From positions 2,728 to 66,727 of the forward strand of contig JAJRYB010000019.1 of NCBI GenBank assembly GCA_024275995.1: 64,000 bases of DNA, written 5' to 3'. The notes under the pieces are model-generated. The model was not told where the DNA came from. It searched no databases and saw only the letters and a list, made by a program, of their open reading frames with translations. This DNA comes from Planctomycetota bacterium (GTDB taxonomy: Bacteria > Planctomycetota > Phycisphaerae > SM23-33). Made by a program: the position numbers and the translations under genes. Shown one piece after another: positions 46,688 through 59,240 of the stretch; the first letter of the stretch is position 1, and each line of letters begins with the position of its first letter.

Positions 46688-49600
46688 GACAAATCCCCAG
46701 CCCCAGGTCCCTGGTCCCCGCTTTCCGCTTCTCCCACGCGGTGCAGACCGCCCAGGCCCCTGCGTGCGGCCAGTCGATATAGCGACACGTACAGCGACGG
46801 GACCACCACGAGCGTCAGCACCGTTGCGAAGGCAAGGCCGAAGATGACGGCTATCGCCATGGACGACCACCACTGGCTTGACTCGCTTTTGGTAACGAAT
46901 CGCATGATATGGAAGTCGAAGCTGATACCGGTCGCCATCGGGATCAATCCGAGAATCGTCGTGGTCGCCGTCAGCAGCACGGGGCGCAATCGCGTCAGGC
47001 CGGCCTGGACGGCTGCCTCAACGACCCGCATTCCCCGTCGCTGCAATCGGCGGGTGTAGTCCAGCAGGACAATGGCGTTATTGACCACGACGCCGGCGAG
47101 GCTTATCACACCTACACCCGTCATTATGATTCCGAACGGCATATTGAAGATGATCAGCCCGACGAACACACCAATCAGCGACAGCATGACCGTTACCATT
47201 ATGATCAGCGGGACCGAAAGCGTGTTGAACTGCGTCACAAGGATTCCGACGATCGCAAAGAGTGCTATCAGGAACGCCCGCATGAGAAACGCCGCAGCAT
47301 TGTCCTGCTCTTCCTTCTCACCGGCGTAGCGAAGGTCGTAGCCGGACGGGAGAGCCAGCTTCGCCAGGCGCTTCCGCACGTCTTTCAGCACTTCCGTTCC
47401 AAGCCTTCCCTCGGCGTCGGCGGTGACGGTGACGACGCGATGCTGGTCGATGCGATTGATGGTTCCCAGCCCTGGCGAATAACGGAACCTTCCGAGCGAG
47501 CTGAGGGGTACCGCCTTTCCCGTGCGGTTCGGCACGCGCAGGCGAAGCAGGTCGTCAATCCGCCTTCGCTGTGACTCCGCAAGGCGGACCGTGATGTCGT
47601 AATCGTCCGTAAACACGCGGAACGTTCCGACCTTCGCGCCGAACAACGCCGTTTTCAGGAAGTTCCCGACGATGGCGGTGTTCAACCCGAGTTGCTTTGC
47701 CCGCTCCCTGTCCACGTCAAACAGAAGCTCCGGTCGGGCGACCTCCAGGTCGCTTCGCGCATTGACCAGCCCGGGCACATCGGCGATAAGGCGCAGCGCC
47801 TCATCGGACAGGGCCTTGAGACGGGATATCTCACTGCCGATGATTCTGACGGTCACGGCTGCACCGGTCGGCGGGCCCTTCTTCTCCTTCTCGATTTTCA
47901 CCTCGACGACGGGGACGTCCTCGAGGGCGCGTCGAATCCGTTTGACCGTCTCGACTGAGGGGGTGTCCCGCTTGGCGTAGTCCACGAAGAGGACCGTCAG
48001 GTTCCCGACGTGCGGGCCGCTGGCCCCACCGCTCAGCATGGATGCCTTGCCCCCGGACGATCCGACGTTCGTAAGAACGTATTCGATGATCTCCGAACCG
48101 GTCGTGTCCGTCCGAAACGGTTCGATACGCCTGGCGACCTGCTCCGACAGCCTGTTCATGTCTCGCACGTTCATTCCCTGCGGCCCGCGAAGGTTCACGA
48201 TCGCCCGGCGGGGGTCGATTTCGGGAAACAGCTGCACGCCGGAATTATATTTCCCGAAAGCGATGCCGACGGAGGCGAGTACGAGCACCGCCAGTCCTAT
48301 CGTCACCACGCGATGGTTCAGCGCGACGATCAACAGTTGCCGGTATCCCCGAACAAAACGCCCCTCGCCTTCCTTGCGCCGGCGCGAGTTTCCTCCACCA
48401 CCGAAAAGCGAGGCAACGACCGGGCTGATAAACAATGCCACGAACAGCGAACATGAAAGCGTGATGATCACGGTCATCGGGAGGTATTTCATGAACCCGC
48501 CCATGATCCCGGGCCAGAACACCAGCGGGCAGAACGCAGCGATGGTGGTAGCGGTCGATGTTATCACCGGCCAGGCTACTTCCGCGGTGCCTTTCATCGC
48601 GGCATGCAGACGATCACGTCCCATCTCCATGTGCCGGTAGATGTTCTCGACGATCACTATCGCGTTATCCACCAGCATCCCGAGCGAGAGGATCAGGCTG
48701 AACAGGACCACCATGTTCAACGTCAACCCCAGAAGCTGTATGACGGCGAAACTCATGAGCATGCTCAACGGGATCGCCAGCGCAACGATAAGGCTCGTCC
48801 GCAGCCCCATGAACAGCATGAGAACAGCCACCACGAGCAGAAGGCCCGAAAAGACGTTGTTCTCCAGGTCGCTGACCATCATGTTGATGTCCTTGGACCC
48901 GTCGTCGGTGATCTCGATCTTGACGGTCGCGGGCGCTTCGAGCTGGAACCTCCGGACAATCTCCTTGACGTAGGCGGCTATCCGGACGATGTTCGCACCC
49001 ACTCGTTTTTTGACAGCCAGCATCACGCTTTGACGCCCATCCAGGCGGGCGTAGGTCTGGCGGTCCTTGAACGTATCGCGCACCTCGGCGATGTCCGAGA
49101 GGTAGATCGGCTTTCCGTCGCGCTCGGTAAGCTTGAGATTGTTGATCTTCTCAGGTTCCTGGAACTCGCCGGGAATGCGCACGTTGAACTTCATGCCGGG
49201 AGTTTCCAGGCTGCCCGCGGAGATGTTCAGGTTCTCCGTCGGGATCAGTGCAAGAACTTCCTCCACCGTCAGGCCGTACGCCGAAAGGCGGTCCGGGTCT
49301 ATCTCGATGCGTATCTCGCGCTCCAGGGCGCCAAGGACATCCGCCGACAGCACGCCCTTGATCGTCTTTATCCTGTCCTCGAGCTGATCGGCGATCGCCT
49401 TGAGAACTACCGGCGAGACCTCCCCGGAGACGTTGATCATCATGATCGGGAACTCAGCCATGCTTATCTCGCTGATGACCGGTTCCTTGCGAAGCTCGTC
49501 GCTGGGCAGATCCTCCTTGGCGAGATCGACCTTGTCCTTCACGCGCCGTAGCGCGTCGGACAGCTCGACGTCCGGGTAAAACTCGACGATAATCGTCGAG

Positions 49601-49863
49601 AACCCCTCGGCGCTCGTGGAGCGTACTTCCTTGACGCCGTCGACACCCATCAACTCGTTTTCGATCTCGTTGGTAACCTGCGATTCGATGTCAGCCGGGG
49701 ATACGCCCTCGTACGACGTGGTGATGATGATATACGGGACCTTTACGTCGGGCGCCGCCTCCCTCGGCAGGGTGACGTAGCTGTACGCTCCGGCGATAAT
49801 GATCAGAAGGACGAGAACCGCTATCGTCGTGCGGTTCCGCAGGGCTGCGTCGGAAAGAATCAT
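46684..49863 (-). CDS. RND family efflux transporter permease (AcrB/HAE1-like)
   Basis: 1059 aa with 12 TM segments and two large periplasmic loops. Conserved RND motifs are present (GLVVDNAIVIVENI-type, LVDNAIV, VVNNAIVLLDY). Confidence 0.9.
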   Translation of the reverse strand: MILSDAALRNRTTIAVLVLLIIIAGAYSYVTLPREAAPDVKVPYIIITTSYEGVSPADIESQVTNEIENELMGVDGVKEVRSTSAEGFSTIIVEFYPDVELSDALRRVKDKVDLAKEDLPSDELRKEPVISEISMAEFPIMMINVSGEVSPVVLKAIADQLEDRIKTIKGVLSADVLGALEREIRIEIDPDRLSAYGLTVEEVLALIPTENLNISAGSLETPGMKFNVRIPGEFQEPEKINNLKLTERDGKPIYLSDIAEVRDTFKDRQTYARLDGRQSVMLAVKKRVGANIVRIAAYVKEIVRRFQLEAPATVKIEITDDGSKDINMMVSDLENNVFSGLLLVVAVLMLFMGLRTSLIVALAIPLSMLMSFAVIQLLGLTLNMVVLFSLILSLGMLVDNAIVIVENIYRHMEMGRDRLHAAMKGTAEVAWPVITSTATTIAAFCPLVFWPGIMGGFMKYLPMTVIITLSCSLFVALFISPVVASLFGGGGNSRRRKEGEGRFVRGYRQLLIVALNHRVVTIGLAVLVLASVGIAFGKYNSGVQLFPEIDPRRAIVNLRGPQGMNVRDMNRLSEQVARRIEPFRTDTTGSEIIEYVLTNVGSSGGKASMLSGGASGPHVGNLTVLFVDYAKRDTPSVETVKRIRRALEDVPVVEVKIEKEKKGPPTGAAVTVRIIGSEISRLKALSDEALRLIADVPGLVNARSDLEVARPELLFDVDRERAKQLGLNTAIVGNFLKTALFGAKVGTFRVFTDDYDITVRLAESQRRRIDDLLRLRVPNRTGKAVPLSSLGRFRYSPGLGTINRIDQHRVVTVTADAEGRLGTEVLKDVRKRLAKLALPSGYDLRYAGEKEEQDNAAAFLMRAFLIALFAIVGILVTQFNTLSVPLIIMVTVMLSLIGVFVGLIIFNMPFGIIMTGVGVISLAGVVVNNAIVLLDYTRRLQRRGMRVVEAAVQAGLTRLRPVLLTATTTILGLIPMATGISFDFHIMRFVTKSESSQWWSSMAIAVIFGLAFATVLTLVVVPSLYVSLYRLAARRGLGGLHRVGEAESGDQGPGAGDLS

Positions 49864-49864
49864 G

Positions 49865-51115
49865 CTAGTTCGCCCCTTCTTTCGACCGGCGTGCCGGATT
49901 CCCAGCCGTCTTCGTCGATCGCGTTTTCACCACCGGCGGGTCCGAAGGAGCGCTCGCAGAACCCGGCTGGGCCTGCCCGACGATTCTCACCTTCTGTCCG
50001 GGCCCGCAACGCCGGGTTCCCCCCACGATCAACAAGTCGCCCGCTTTCAAATCCGATCCCGGAAGAACCCGAATCCGATCGCCGACGATCGACCGCATGT
50101 CGATGCGAATGTCTTTTATGGAGCGGACGACTCCGCCGCGGGCGACGTTCACCATGTGACCATTTTCCAATGCGATCACCGCCTGGAGGGGGATCATTAT
50201 CACACCTTGCAGGTCGCGCCGTTTCAGATCGACCGTCACGATCTGTCCGGCACAAAGTCTTCGCTCCGCGTTGGGTACGGTTATCTCGGCCCGCGTCGTC
50301 CGGGCGAGAGGTTCGGCGATTTTGCTGATGTACGTGATCCTGCCGGTCAGCTTCAGCGAATCGTCGATGCTGCTGGAAATTTTTACCTCGTCATTCTTCC
50401 GGAGGTATCCGATTTCGCGTTCGGGAATGTTCACGACGACCTTGACGATGTCGATATCCACGATCTGAGCCACCGTCGTTCCCGGCTGGACGTACTCGCC
50501 AATCTCGACCGGTATCCGATTCACGATTCCGTCGACCGGCGAGACTATCTCCGCACGATCGAGCTTCGCCTGGGCTTCCTCGAGCGTCGCCTTGCTTATC
50601 GCCATGGCGGTGAGGGCTTCGTCCAGGTCGCGCTTCGTCGATACGTTCCGTTTCATGCCGTCGGCGATACGCCGATAATCGCGAACCTTGTATTCGTAGT
50701 CAGCCTTCGCCAGATTACGCGCCGCCTTCAGCAGGTCCGTGTTCAGGTACATCAGCACGGCGCCGGCCTTCACGCGATCACCCTCCTCCAGCATGCAAAC
50801 CTCCGTCCCACCGGCAGTACGCGGGGTTCGGACCTCGCCGAACCGTTCGATTCGACCGGGAACTTCCGCGGCCACCTTCACGACGCGATTGGCTTCCACG
50901 CTTCCGTCCAGGCGGAACTTCTCCGGCATGGAAGCTATCACCGTCACTTTCTCGACGGTGACGTTCACCGGTGGAACGACGGTTTTTTTCACCTCTTTCT
51001 TCCTGACAGGCAGCAGAGAAACCACGACCACGATCAGCACCGACGCGCCGAGTATCGCCGCGGGCGCGAACCTTTTCTCCAACTCCCGACGACGCTTTTT
51101 TCTCGTTTCGTTCAT
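49865..51115 (-). CDS. RND efflux periplasmic adaptor (membrane fusion protein, HlyD family)
   Basis: N-terminal TM anchor, coiled-coil, then beta-barrel and lipoyl-like segments (VSPVDGIVNRIPVEIGEYV). Confidence 0.8.
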   Translation of the reverse strand: MNETRKKRRRELEKRFAPAAILGASVLIVVVVSLLPVRKKEVKKTVVPPVNVTVEKVTVIASMPEKFRLDGSVEANRVVKVAAEVPGRIERFGEVRTPRTAGGTEVCMLEEGDRVKAGAVLMYLNTDLLKAARNLAKADYEYKVRDYRRIADGMKRNVSTKRDLDEALTAMAISKATLEEAQAKLDRAEIVSPVDGIVNRIPVEIGEYVQPGTTVAQIVDIDIVKVVVNIPEREIGYLRKNDEVKISSSIDDSLKLTGRITYISKIAEPLARTTRAEITVPNAERRLCAGQIVTVDLKRRDLQGVIMIPLQAVIALENGHMVNVARGGVVRSIKDIRIDMRSIVGDRIRVLPGSDLKAGDLLIVGGTRRCGPGQKVRIVGQAQPGSASAPSDPPVVKTRSTKTAGNPARRSKEGAN

Positions 51116-51759
51116 GAACCCACCTCACCATCCTGTCTTGAGCGCGTCAGTCCCATGAGGACCGCCTGCTTCAATGCCGCAAGAAACGTCTCGTCAATCT
51201 TCAAGCCTACGTCGAACGCCAGTTGAAGCCGTATGCCGTCCATCACCGCCAGTATCAGCGACGAGCCGATCTGGGGAGCGAAAGTGGGATGGAATTCGCC
51301 CGACTTGACCCCCTCGGTTATGATCGAGGAGAGGATTTCACGCCAGTGGGCGTATATCGACGAAAACGTCTCGGAAATCCGTCCGGGCTGCTCGCGGGCG
51401 GCTATCGCCCAGAACTCCATCATCAGGCGGGCGATTTCGTGAAGAGTCACGATCTTTTCCGCCCAATACGCCAGCACCCACTCCATCTTTTCGGTAGCCG
51501 TTGTCGTGCCGGCAATTACGCGCTCGGTTTCCGCCTCGACGCTGCTGACATATTGCATGAAGACCTGCTCGAACAGATCCTCCTTGCTCTTGAAATAGTT
51601 GTAGACGCTCCCCTTGGAAATACCCGCAGCCGAGGCGATATCGTCCATCTTTGTCGCGGCATAACCGTGATCGCCGAAGACGCGCTCGGCGGCAGAGATA
51701 ATCTCCTGCCGACGGTGTTCCATGCGTTCGTCCATTTTCATCATTTCCCGATCCCTCAT
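51112..51759 (-). CDS. TetR/AcrR family transcriptional regulator (the ORF extends to 51879; the start is probably M41 at 51759, or M46-M53)
   Basis: HTH region RRQEIISAAERVFGDHGYAATKMDDIASAAGISKGSVYNYFKSKEDL. The upstream part of the ORF contains the operator palindrome, so it is not coding. Confidence 0.75.
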   Translation of the reverse strand: MRDREMMKMDERMEHRRQEIISAAERVFGDHGYAATKMDDIASAAGISKGSVYNYFKSKEDLFEQVFMQYVSSVEAETERVIAGTTTATEKMEWVLAYWAEKIVTLHEIARLMMEFWAIAAREQPGRISETFSSIYAHWREILSSIITEGVKSGEFHPTFAPQIGSSLILAVMDGIRLQLAFDVGLKIDETFLAALKQAVLMGLTRSRQDGEVGS

Positions 51760-51786
51760 GCCAAGTCCCTGGCCCATGACTCCGCC

Positions 51787-51808
51787 ATTGACTGACCGGT
51801 CAGTCAAT
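51787..51808. promoter_or_regulatory. Perfect 22-bp palindrome ATTGACTGACCGGTCAGTCAAT about 30 bp upstream of the TetR start. It is a candidate TetR operator overlapping the promoter of the tetR-mfp-rnd operon.
   Basis: Read directly. It is located upstream of a TetR gene that heads a translationally coupled efflux operon. Confidence 0.55.
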
Positions 51809-52068
51809 ACAATGATAGCATACCTTCCCCCTTCGGTAAAGATTTTTGTCATTTTTTGCCTCCACTTCGGCGAAGCCAAGTAACACCAGGCAAAGCAAGC
51901 AGTTACGCCTGGGACTAGAGACGAAAAGCGGGGTAATCAGATCGAAACGCGACAACCCCGCTCGCTTGCGTTCGCGGCAAGTTCTTGAATCTGTAATCTG
52001 CGATCCGCAACGTGTTATAATACCCCCCTGCCGAGATCAGTCCGTTCGAAAAACAGGAGACAGAATCG

Positions 52069-52614
52069 ATGGATGTTATGGAAGCTGTTCGAACCCGCAG
52101 GAGTGTCCGAAAGTACTCGCCGCGACCCATTCCCGAAGACGTCCTGGCGGAGATGCGCGAGGCACTGCGCTGCGCGCCGTCGGCGTGTAACAATCAGCCC
52201 TGGCATTTCGTGCTCGTGGTCGATCCCGATCGACGGCGTGAACTCGTCGAGACTGCCTGCGGCAAGTGGTCATGGATGCTTGATGCGCCTCTGATCGTCG
52301 TAGCGTGCGGGCTGGACGGCCTGGCCTACCAGCGAATGGGCGGGTCCGGCAGCAGCATGGACGTTGACGTTGCGATCGCGCTGGACCACCTGACGCTGGC
52401 AGCCGTCGCTCGCGGACTTGGAACGTGCTGGATCGGCGCGTTCGACGAAGTCGCGGCGAAAAAAGTACTCGGCGTACCGGAGACGGTTAAGATCGTCGCC
52501 ATGACGCCGCTGGGATACCCAGCCGCCGCCGATCTGAACAGGCCGCTCGAACCGGACAAACGAAAGGACCCCTCGGAGATATTCAGTATCGACCGATACG
52601 CCGGAGCGGAATGA
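52069..52614 (+). CDS. Nitroreductase family protein
   Basis: RRSVRKY..., PSACNNQPWHFVVV and C-terminal nitroreductase motifs are present. Confidence 0.8.
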   Translation: MDVMEAVRTRRSVRKYSPRPIPEDVLAEMREALRCAPSACNNQPWHFVLVVDPDRRRELVETACGKWSWMLDAPLIVVACGLDGLAYQRMGGSGSSMDVDVAIALDHLTLAAVARGLGTCWIGAFDEVAAKKVLGVPETVKIVAMTPLGYPAAADLNRPLEPDKRKDPSEIFSIDRYAGAE

Positions 52615-52904
52615 TTTTTTGAAAGTTTTGAATATTCCAATGAAGCGTGGAACCGCATGTTCTCGCAGACCAGGTACACAATAAAAGCGATCCGTGCGTC
52701 GAAAAAGGTGGCCGATCGCCTCGGGCTGAGAGTCCCAAAATGAAGGCGATCATGGACTGGGTCCGGACTCACACGCATCGTGTAATTGCAAGTTGATCGT
52801 AGTAAACCGCCGTGGCGATCGTTATACTTAGTGGACTCTGGCGGAGTTTTTTCGCCGTCATCTGGAGCGGTGTGCGCAACGCGCATCTCTCCCGGAGAAG
52901 CGTA

Positions 52905-54158
52905 ATGGCGCGAGTGATCGCATCGGCATGCTTGATTACCCTGCTTGCGTCGGTGGCCGCCGGCGACAAGCTCGTGCTCCTCGACGGACGAACGTTCACC
53001 GGAACCGTCACCGTCGAAGGTCAAAGCGTTCGTATCGACATGCCCTACGGCACGCTCCGATTCGCGCGGGAAGAGGTCCTGCTGATCGACTTCAAGGACA
53101 CGCCGGAAACGAAACTCGCCAAGAAGCTCGCCAAGACCCATCTGGACGATCCCGATGCGCTGTTCAAACTGGCGGAGTGGGCGACGGCCAATTCGCTCGA
53201 TCGACAGGCAGACACGCTGTACGAGTTGATCCTGAAGCTCGAAACAGACCACCAAGGCGCTCGCCGACGGATGGGTTTTGTCCGAATCGACGGAACGTGG
53301 CTCGAGTTCGACGTGGCGTTGGAGTTGGCGCGCAGCAAGTTGGCGGCCGGGCAGTACCGCCCCCTGCTTAAGGACGTTCTTCCGGCGCTCGATGCGGCGG
53401 CCGGCACAGCCGAAAGGCGGAGGAAGGTTCGCGAGCTTATCGGAATATCCCAGTTGCGATCGAAAGACTTCGCCGCGGCGGAGAAAACGTTCACGGAGTT
53501 GTCCGCCATCGACAGCGACGACGCTCCCCGTTACGCGACGATAGCCGAAATTCTCAAGTCCAGCAAAGACGGCATGTACGTTCTTACCGAACCTTACCCG
53601 CCCCAGGGCCGACTGGTCGCTTCGAGCGGCGAACGGCTCGAAGCCGGACCTGTCTCCCTCGCCAAGCCACAGGTCCTCCAGGCGGCGCTGCGGGAGAAGG
53701 CCAAGAAGGAAATCGACGCGGGAAGGAAGCTCCTGTCCGAAGCGCTCAAGTCGGAGGCGACGGACCCCGAGGCGGCGAAGGGAAGGTACTTCCAGGCGTC
53801 GCAGGCGTTCGATCGCGCCGAATCGCTGGTTGCGAATATCGCCAGGAGTTGGCGGATCGAGATATGCCGACGGCGAATCGCCGTAGCGAGAAAGGACATC
53901 GACCTGGGCGCTCAGAAATTCGTGCGGGAGCAGGAGACGCTGGGGCATCGGAACCTCTCGGCTGCGGACTATCGCGGAAAGCTGCTTCGCCTCATGCATC
54001 GTCTGAACTCCGTTCGGGGAGACTTGCAGAACATCCTCACCATCGCCAAACCCTACCCGCGGGAACTCGTACTGGAGGTGGGCTGGGCCCAGGCGGACCT
54101 CAAGCAGATCGCCAAAATGCGTCAGACGCTCATGGAAGAACTGAATGGCGACAACTAG
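52905..54158 (+). CDS. Hypothetical secreted protein (the ORF opens at 52812)
   Basis: Signal peptide MARVIASACLITLLASVAAG with a GGAGAAG RBS. Composition is coding-like. The antisense 785-aa ORF 52326..54683 is Arg/Ala-rich and judged spurious. Confidence 0.5.
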   Translation: MARVIASACLITLLASVAAGDKLVLLDGRTFTGTVTVEGQSVRIDMPYGTLRFAREEVLLIDFKDTPETKLAKKLAKTHLDDPDALFKLAEWATANSLDRQADTLYELILKLETDHQGARRRMGFVRIDGTWLEFDVALELARSKLAAGQYRPLLKDVLPALDAAAGTAERRRKVRELIGISQLRSKDFAAAEKTFTELSAIDSDDAPRYATIAEILKSSKDGMYVLTEPYPPQGRLVASSGERLEAGPVSLAKPQVLQAALREKAKKEIDAGRKLLSEALKSEATDPEAAKGRYFQASQAFDRAESLVANIARSWRIEICRRRIAVARKDIDLGAQKFVREQETLGHRNLSAADYRGKLLRLMHRLNSVRGDLQNILTIAKPYPRELVLEVGWAQADLKQIAKMRQTLMEELNGDN

Positions 54159-55332
54159 AAAACTGGTCCTCGCCGGCGCGTGCCTTGCCTCGGGCCTGTG
54201 CGCGGTGGCGGCGTTTACGCCGTCGGTTTTCGACACGACTGTCGCAATGCAGTCGGCGTTGACGCTGCTGGACGACGGGCAGTACGTCGCGGCGGATCGA
54301 GAGGCGATGGCGCTGGCGATGCGCTCGGAAAAATCCGCGTGGCGCGCTTGGATGATCGTAGCCGCGGCGCGCCGGCGAGCTGGTCGATACGCCTCGGCGC
54401 TGCGCGCGTACCGCCTGTTCCTCGCCTCGTGCAGAAGCAACAGTTTGCGCGAGTACGTCCTCCGGCAGATGGACTCCTGTCGCGAGGCGATGAATCCACC
54501 CCCGCGGCACGTGCCCGCTGCGCGCCGCCTGAATGACAATGATCTTCGGGAACTCGCGAAGGTCTCCCCGCAGATCAGCACGGAATCCACGGAGCATTTC
54601 GTGATACGCGCGCCTAACGCTCGGCTGGCGAAGCTCCTTGCCGTCGAGGCGGAAAGTGCCCTGCGACGTATCCGCCAAAACATCCTCGCCGTTCAGGACT
54701 ACCCGCACAGCGTGGACGTGTACGTCTGGAGCGACCACAAAAGTTACCTCGCACACGCCAGCGACGCCCCGGAATGGTCGGGCGGAAGCTTTACGTTCTC
54801 GACGTCCGAGGGGAACGTGACCCGCAGAATCGACCTGACGCAGCTGGACAGAAACGGCAAGTTCGCGACGATCATGCTCGACCGCATTCTGCCTCACGAA
54901 CTAAGCCACCTGGTCATTCGCGAATACTTCGGCGACGCTTCCTGCCCGCTGTTCCTGGACGAGGGGCTGGCCATGCTCGCCGAGGCGCAGATCGACAACC
55001 AGCGCGTCGAGTTTGCAGGCATCGCCGTCGCCGGCGACAAAAAGATTCCCCTTGCGGAGTTGATCGTTCGCGACCGCCAGACGATGGGCGATCCGTCGGT
55101 ATTCTACGCCGAGTCGCTGAGCTTCACACGATACCTCCGCAACAGCGTGACGCGCGAACAGTTCAAGGCGTTCCTGGGTCACGTCAAGGAAGGGAGCACC
55201 GTCTCCGACGCGCTGCGCCGGGCGCTGTACGTCACAGGAGGCGAAGATTTCATGGAGAAACTCGCCGCGGGATGGGCGAATTACGCCCTCGCCGAGACGC
55301 AGTTCCTCCGGGCGCTTCGCGAAACGCGCTGA
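54145..55332 (+). CDS. Secreted protein with an HExxH motif (putative zinc metallopeptidase-like, peptidase-MA-like)
   Basis: Signal peptide MATTRKLVLAGACLASGLCAVAA. HELSH motif (LPHELSHLVIREYFGD) with a downstream acidic residue (LFLDEGLAMLAE). It overlaps the previous gene by 14 nt. Confidence 0.55.
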   Translation: MATTRKLVLAGACLASGLCAVAAFTPSVFDTTVAMQSALTLLDDGQYVAADREAMALAMRSEKSAWRAWMIVAAARRRAGRYASALRAYRLFLASCRSNSLREYVLRQMDSCREAMNPPPRHVPAARRLNDNDLRELAKVSPQISTESTEHFVIRAPNARLAKLLAVEAESALRRIRQNILAVQDYPHSVDVYVWSDHKSYLAHASDAPEWSGGSFTFSTSEGNVTRRIDLTQLDRNGKFATIMLDRILPHELSHLVIREYFGDASCPLFLDEGLAMLAEAQIDNQRVEFAGIAVAGDKKIPLAELIVRDRQTMGDPSVFYAESLSFTRYLRNSVTREQFKAFLGHVKEGSTVSDALRRALYVTGGEDFMEKLAAGWANYALAETQFLRALRETR

Positions 55333-55450
55333 CGTCGAGTGATCGCGTGCTGCAATTCCGGCGGCGACTCACTCCACCATTCCGTGCCCTTACGCTTGAT
55401 AATCACCGCACGATGATTATCATCTCTTATTCTTTCCCAAGGGAGACACA

Positions 55451-58237
<2,787 letters not shown>

Positions 58238-58267
58238 TCACTTGGGGTACACAACGGAAAGGAAGAC

Positions 58268-58867
58268 ATGATGAGCAGACGGACACATTGGATGGTGGTG
58301 CTGGTGGCCGGGATGGCCATGTTTGCAATCGGATGCGGTGGTGGTGGAGCCAAGGACGCAAAGACGCCGAAAGAAGCCTGCGTCAACATGACCGAGGCTG
58401 TGGAAACCGGCGACGAGGCCTTGTTCCTCTCGGCAGTTCACACCGAGGACGAAGAGATGGCCAAGGCGATGTTCGGCCAGATCAGCGCGATGTACGACTA
58501 CAGCAAGAAGTTCGAGGCTGAATACGGTAAGGCTCCGGGTAAAGGCGGAAAGAAGATGCCGACCTCGAAGGATGTCGCCGAGAAGGTCAAGATCAAGGAA
58601 GACGGCGATAAGGCCGTCGCCACGATGCCGGGCCAGTCGGGCGATATGGACCTGGTAAAGAAAGACGGCGTGTGGAAAGTGGATATAAGCAAGGGGACGC
58701 CAACGGGCGCAGAGAAGGAAAAAGCCCTGAAGATGTCCAAGACCATGGCCGACGTGGTCAAGGAAGTCACCGGAAAGATCGGAACGGAAGGATACACCGC
58801 CGAGAAGATCGAGAAGGAACTGGGCGCTGCCATGATGAAAGCGATGATGAGTTCGATGGGCGGCTGA
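58268..58867 (+). CDS. Lys/Glu-rich lipoprotein, hypothetical
   Basis: Lipobox MAMFAIGCGGGG. The composition is hydrophilic and charged. Confidence 0.55.
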   Translation: MMSRRTHWMVVLVAGMAMFAIGCGGGGAKDAKTPKEACVNMTEAVETGDEALFLSAVHTEDEEMAKAMFGQISAMYDYSKKFEAEYGKAPGKGGKKMPTSKDVAEKVKIKEDGDKAVATMPGQSGDMDLVKKDGVWKVDISKGTPTGAEKEKALKMSKTMADVVKEVTGKIGTEGYTAEKIEKELGAAMMKAMMSSMGG

Positions 58868-58995
58868 TTCGCGCGAAGACGAAGAAGGCCTTATATCGGC
58901 GAGTGGGAGGCGAAATGTCCAAAAGCTTCCTGCCCGCCGTTTCTTTTTGCGAAGCGATGCATATTCCGAAAGTCGCAAGTGCGATGTTGCGAAGA

Positions 58996-59181
58996 CATAA
59001 GGGTACTTTGAATAATTGCTTTCGTCGTGAGAACGAGCGAAAATCGCGTCACCGAGGCGAAGGGTTAAAATTCCCGCAGGCGTAGTAATAACTACGTCGA
59101 GGACGATTTTAGCCCGACAACGAAGGTGGCACGATTTGCAGCCGTTCGCAGCGGAAATGAATTATTCAAAGTGCCCATAAG
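58996..59181. repeat. Segment of about 185 bp bounded by 21-bp inverted repeats (cataagggtactttgaataat and attattcaaagtgcccataag), with internal hairpins (for example gcgtagtaataactacgtc)
   Basis: Read directly. 17 of 21 are complementary. Confidence 0.45.
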
Positions 59182-59217
59182 AAAAGCCCTGTCCGGCAGA
59201 AAACCGATCCAGGGCTT
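59174..59217 (-). terminator. Intrinsic terminator downstream of the PEP-CTERM gene (aagccctg ... cagggctt hairpin, then a U-rich tract on the minus strand)
   Basis: 8-bp stem followed by UUCUUAU on the transcribed strand. Confidence 0.5.
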
Positions 59218-59240
59218 GATGGTTTACACAAGTCAGGAAT

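Noticed and set aside
52326-54683. 785-aa minus-strand ORF spanning the nitroreductase 3' end and both secreted-protein genes
   Set aside because: It is extremely Arg/Ala/Ser-rich and would overlap three well-supported plus-strand genes. It is judged a GC-frame artefact.
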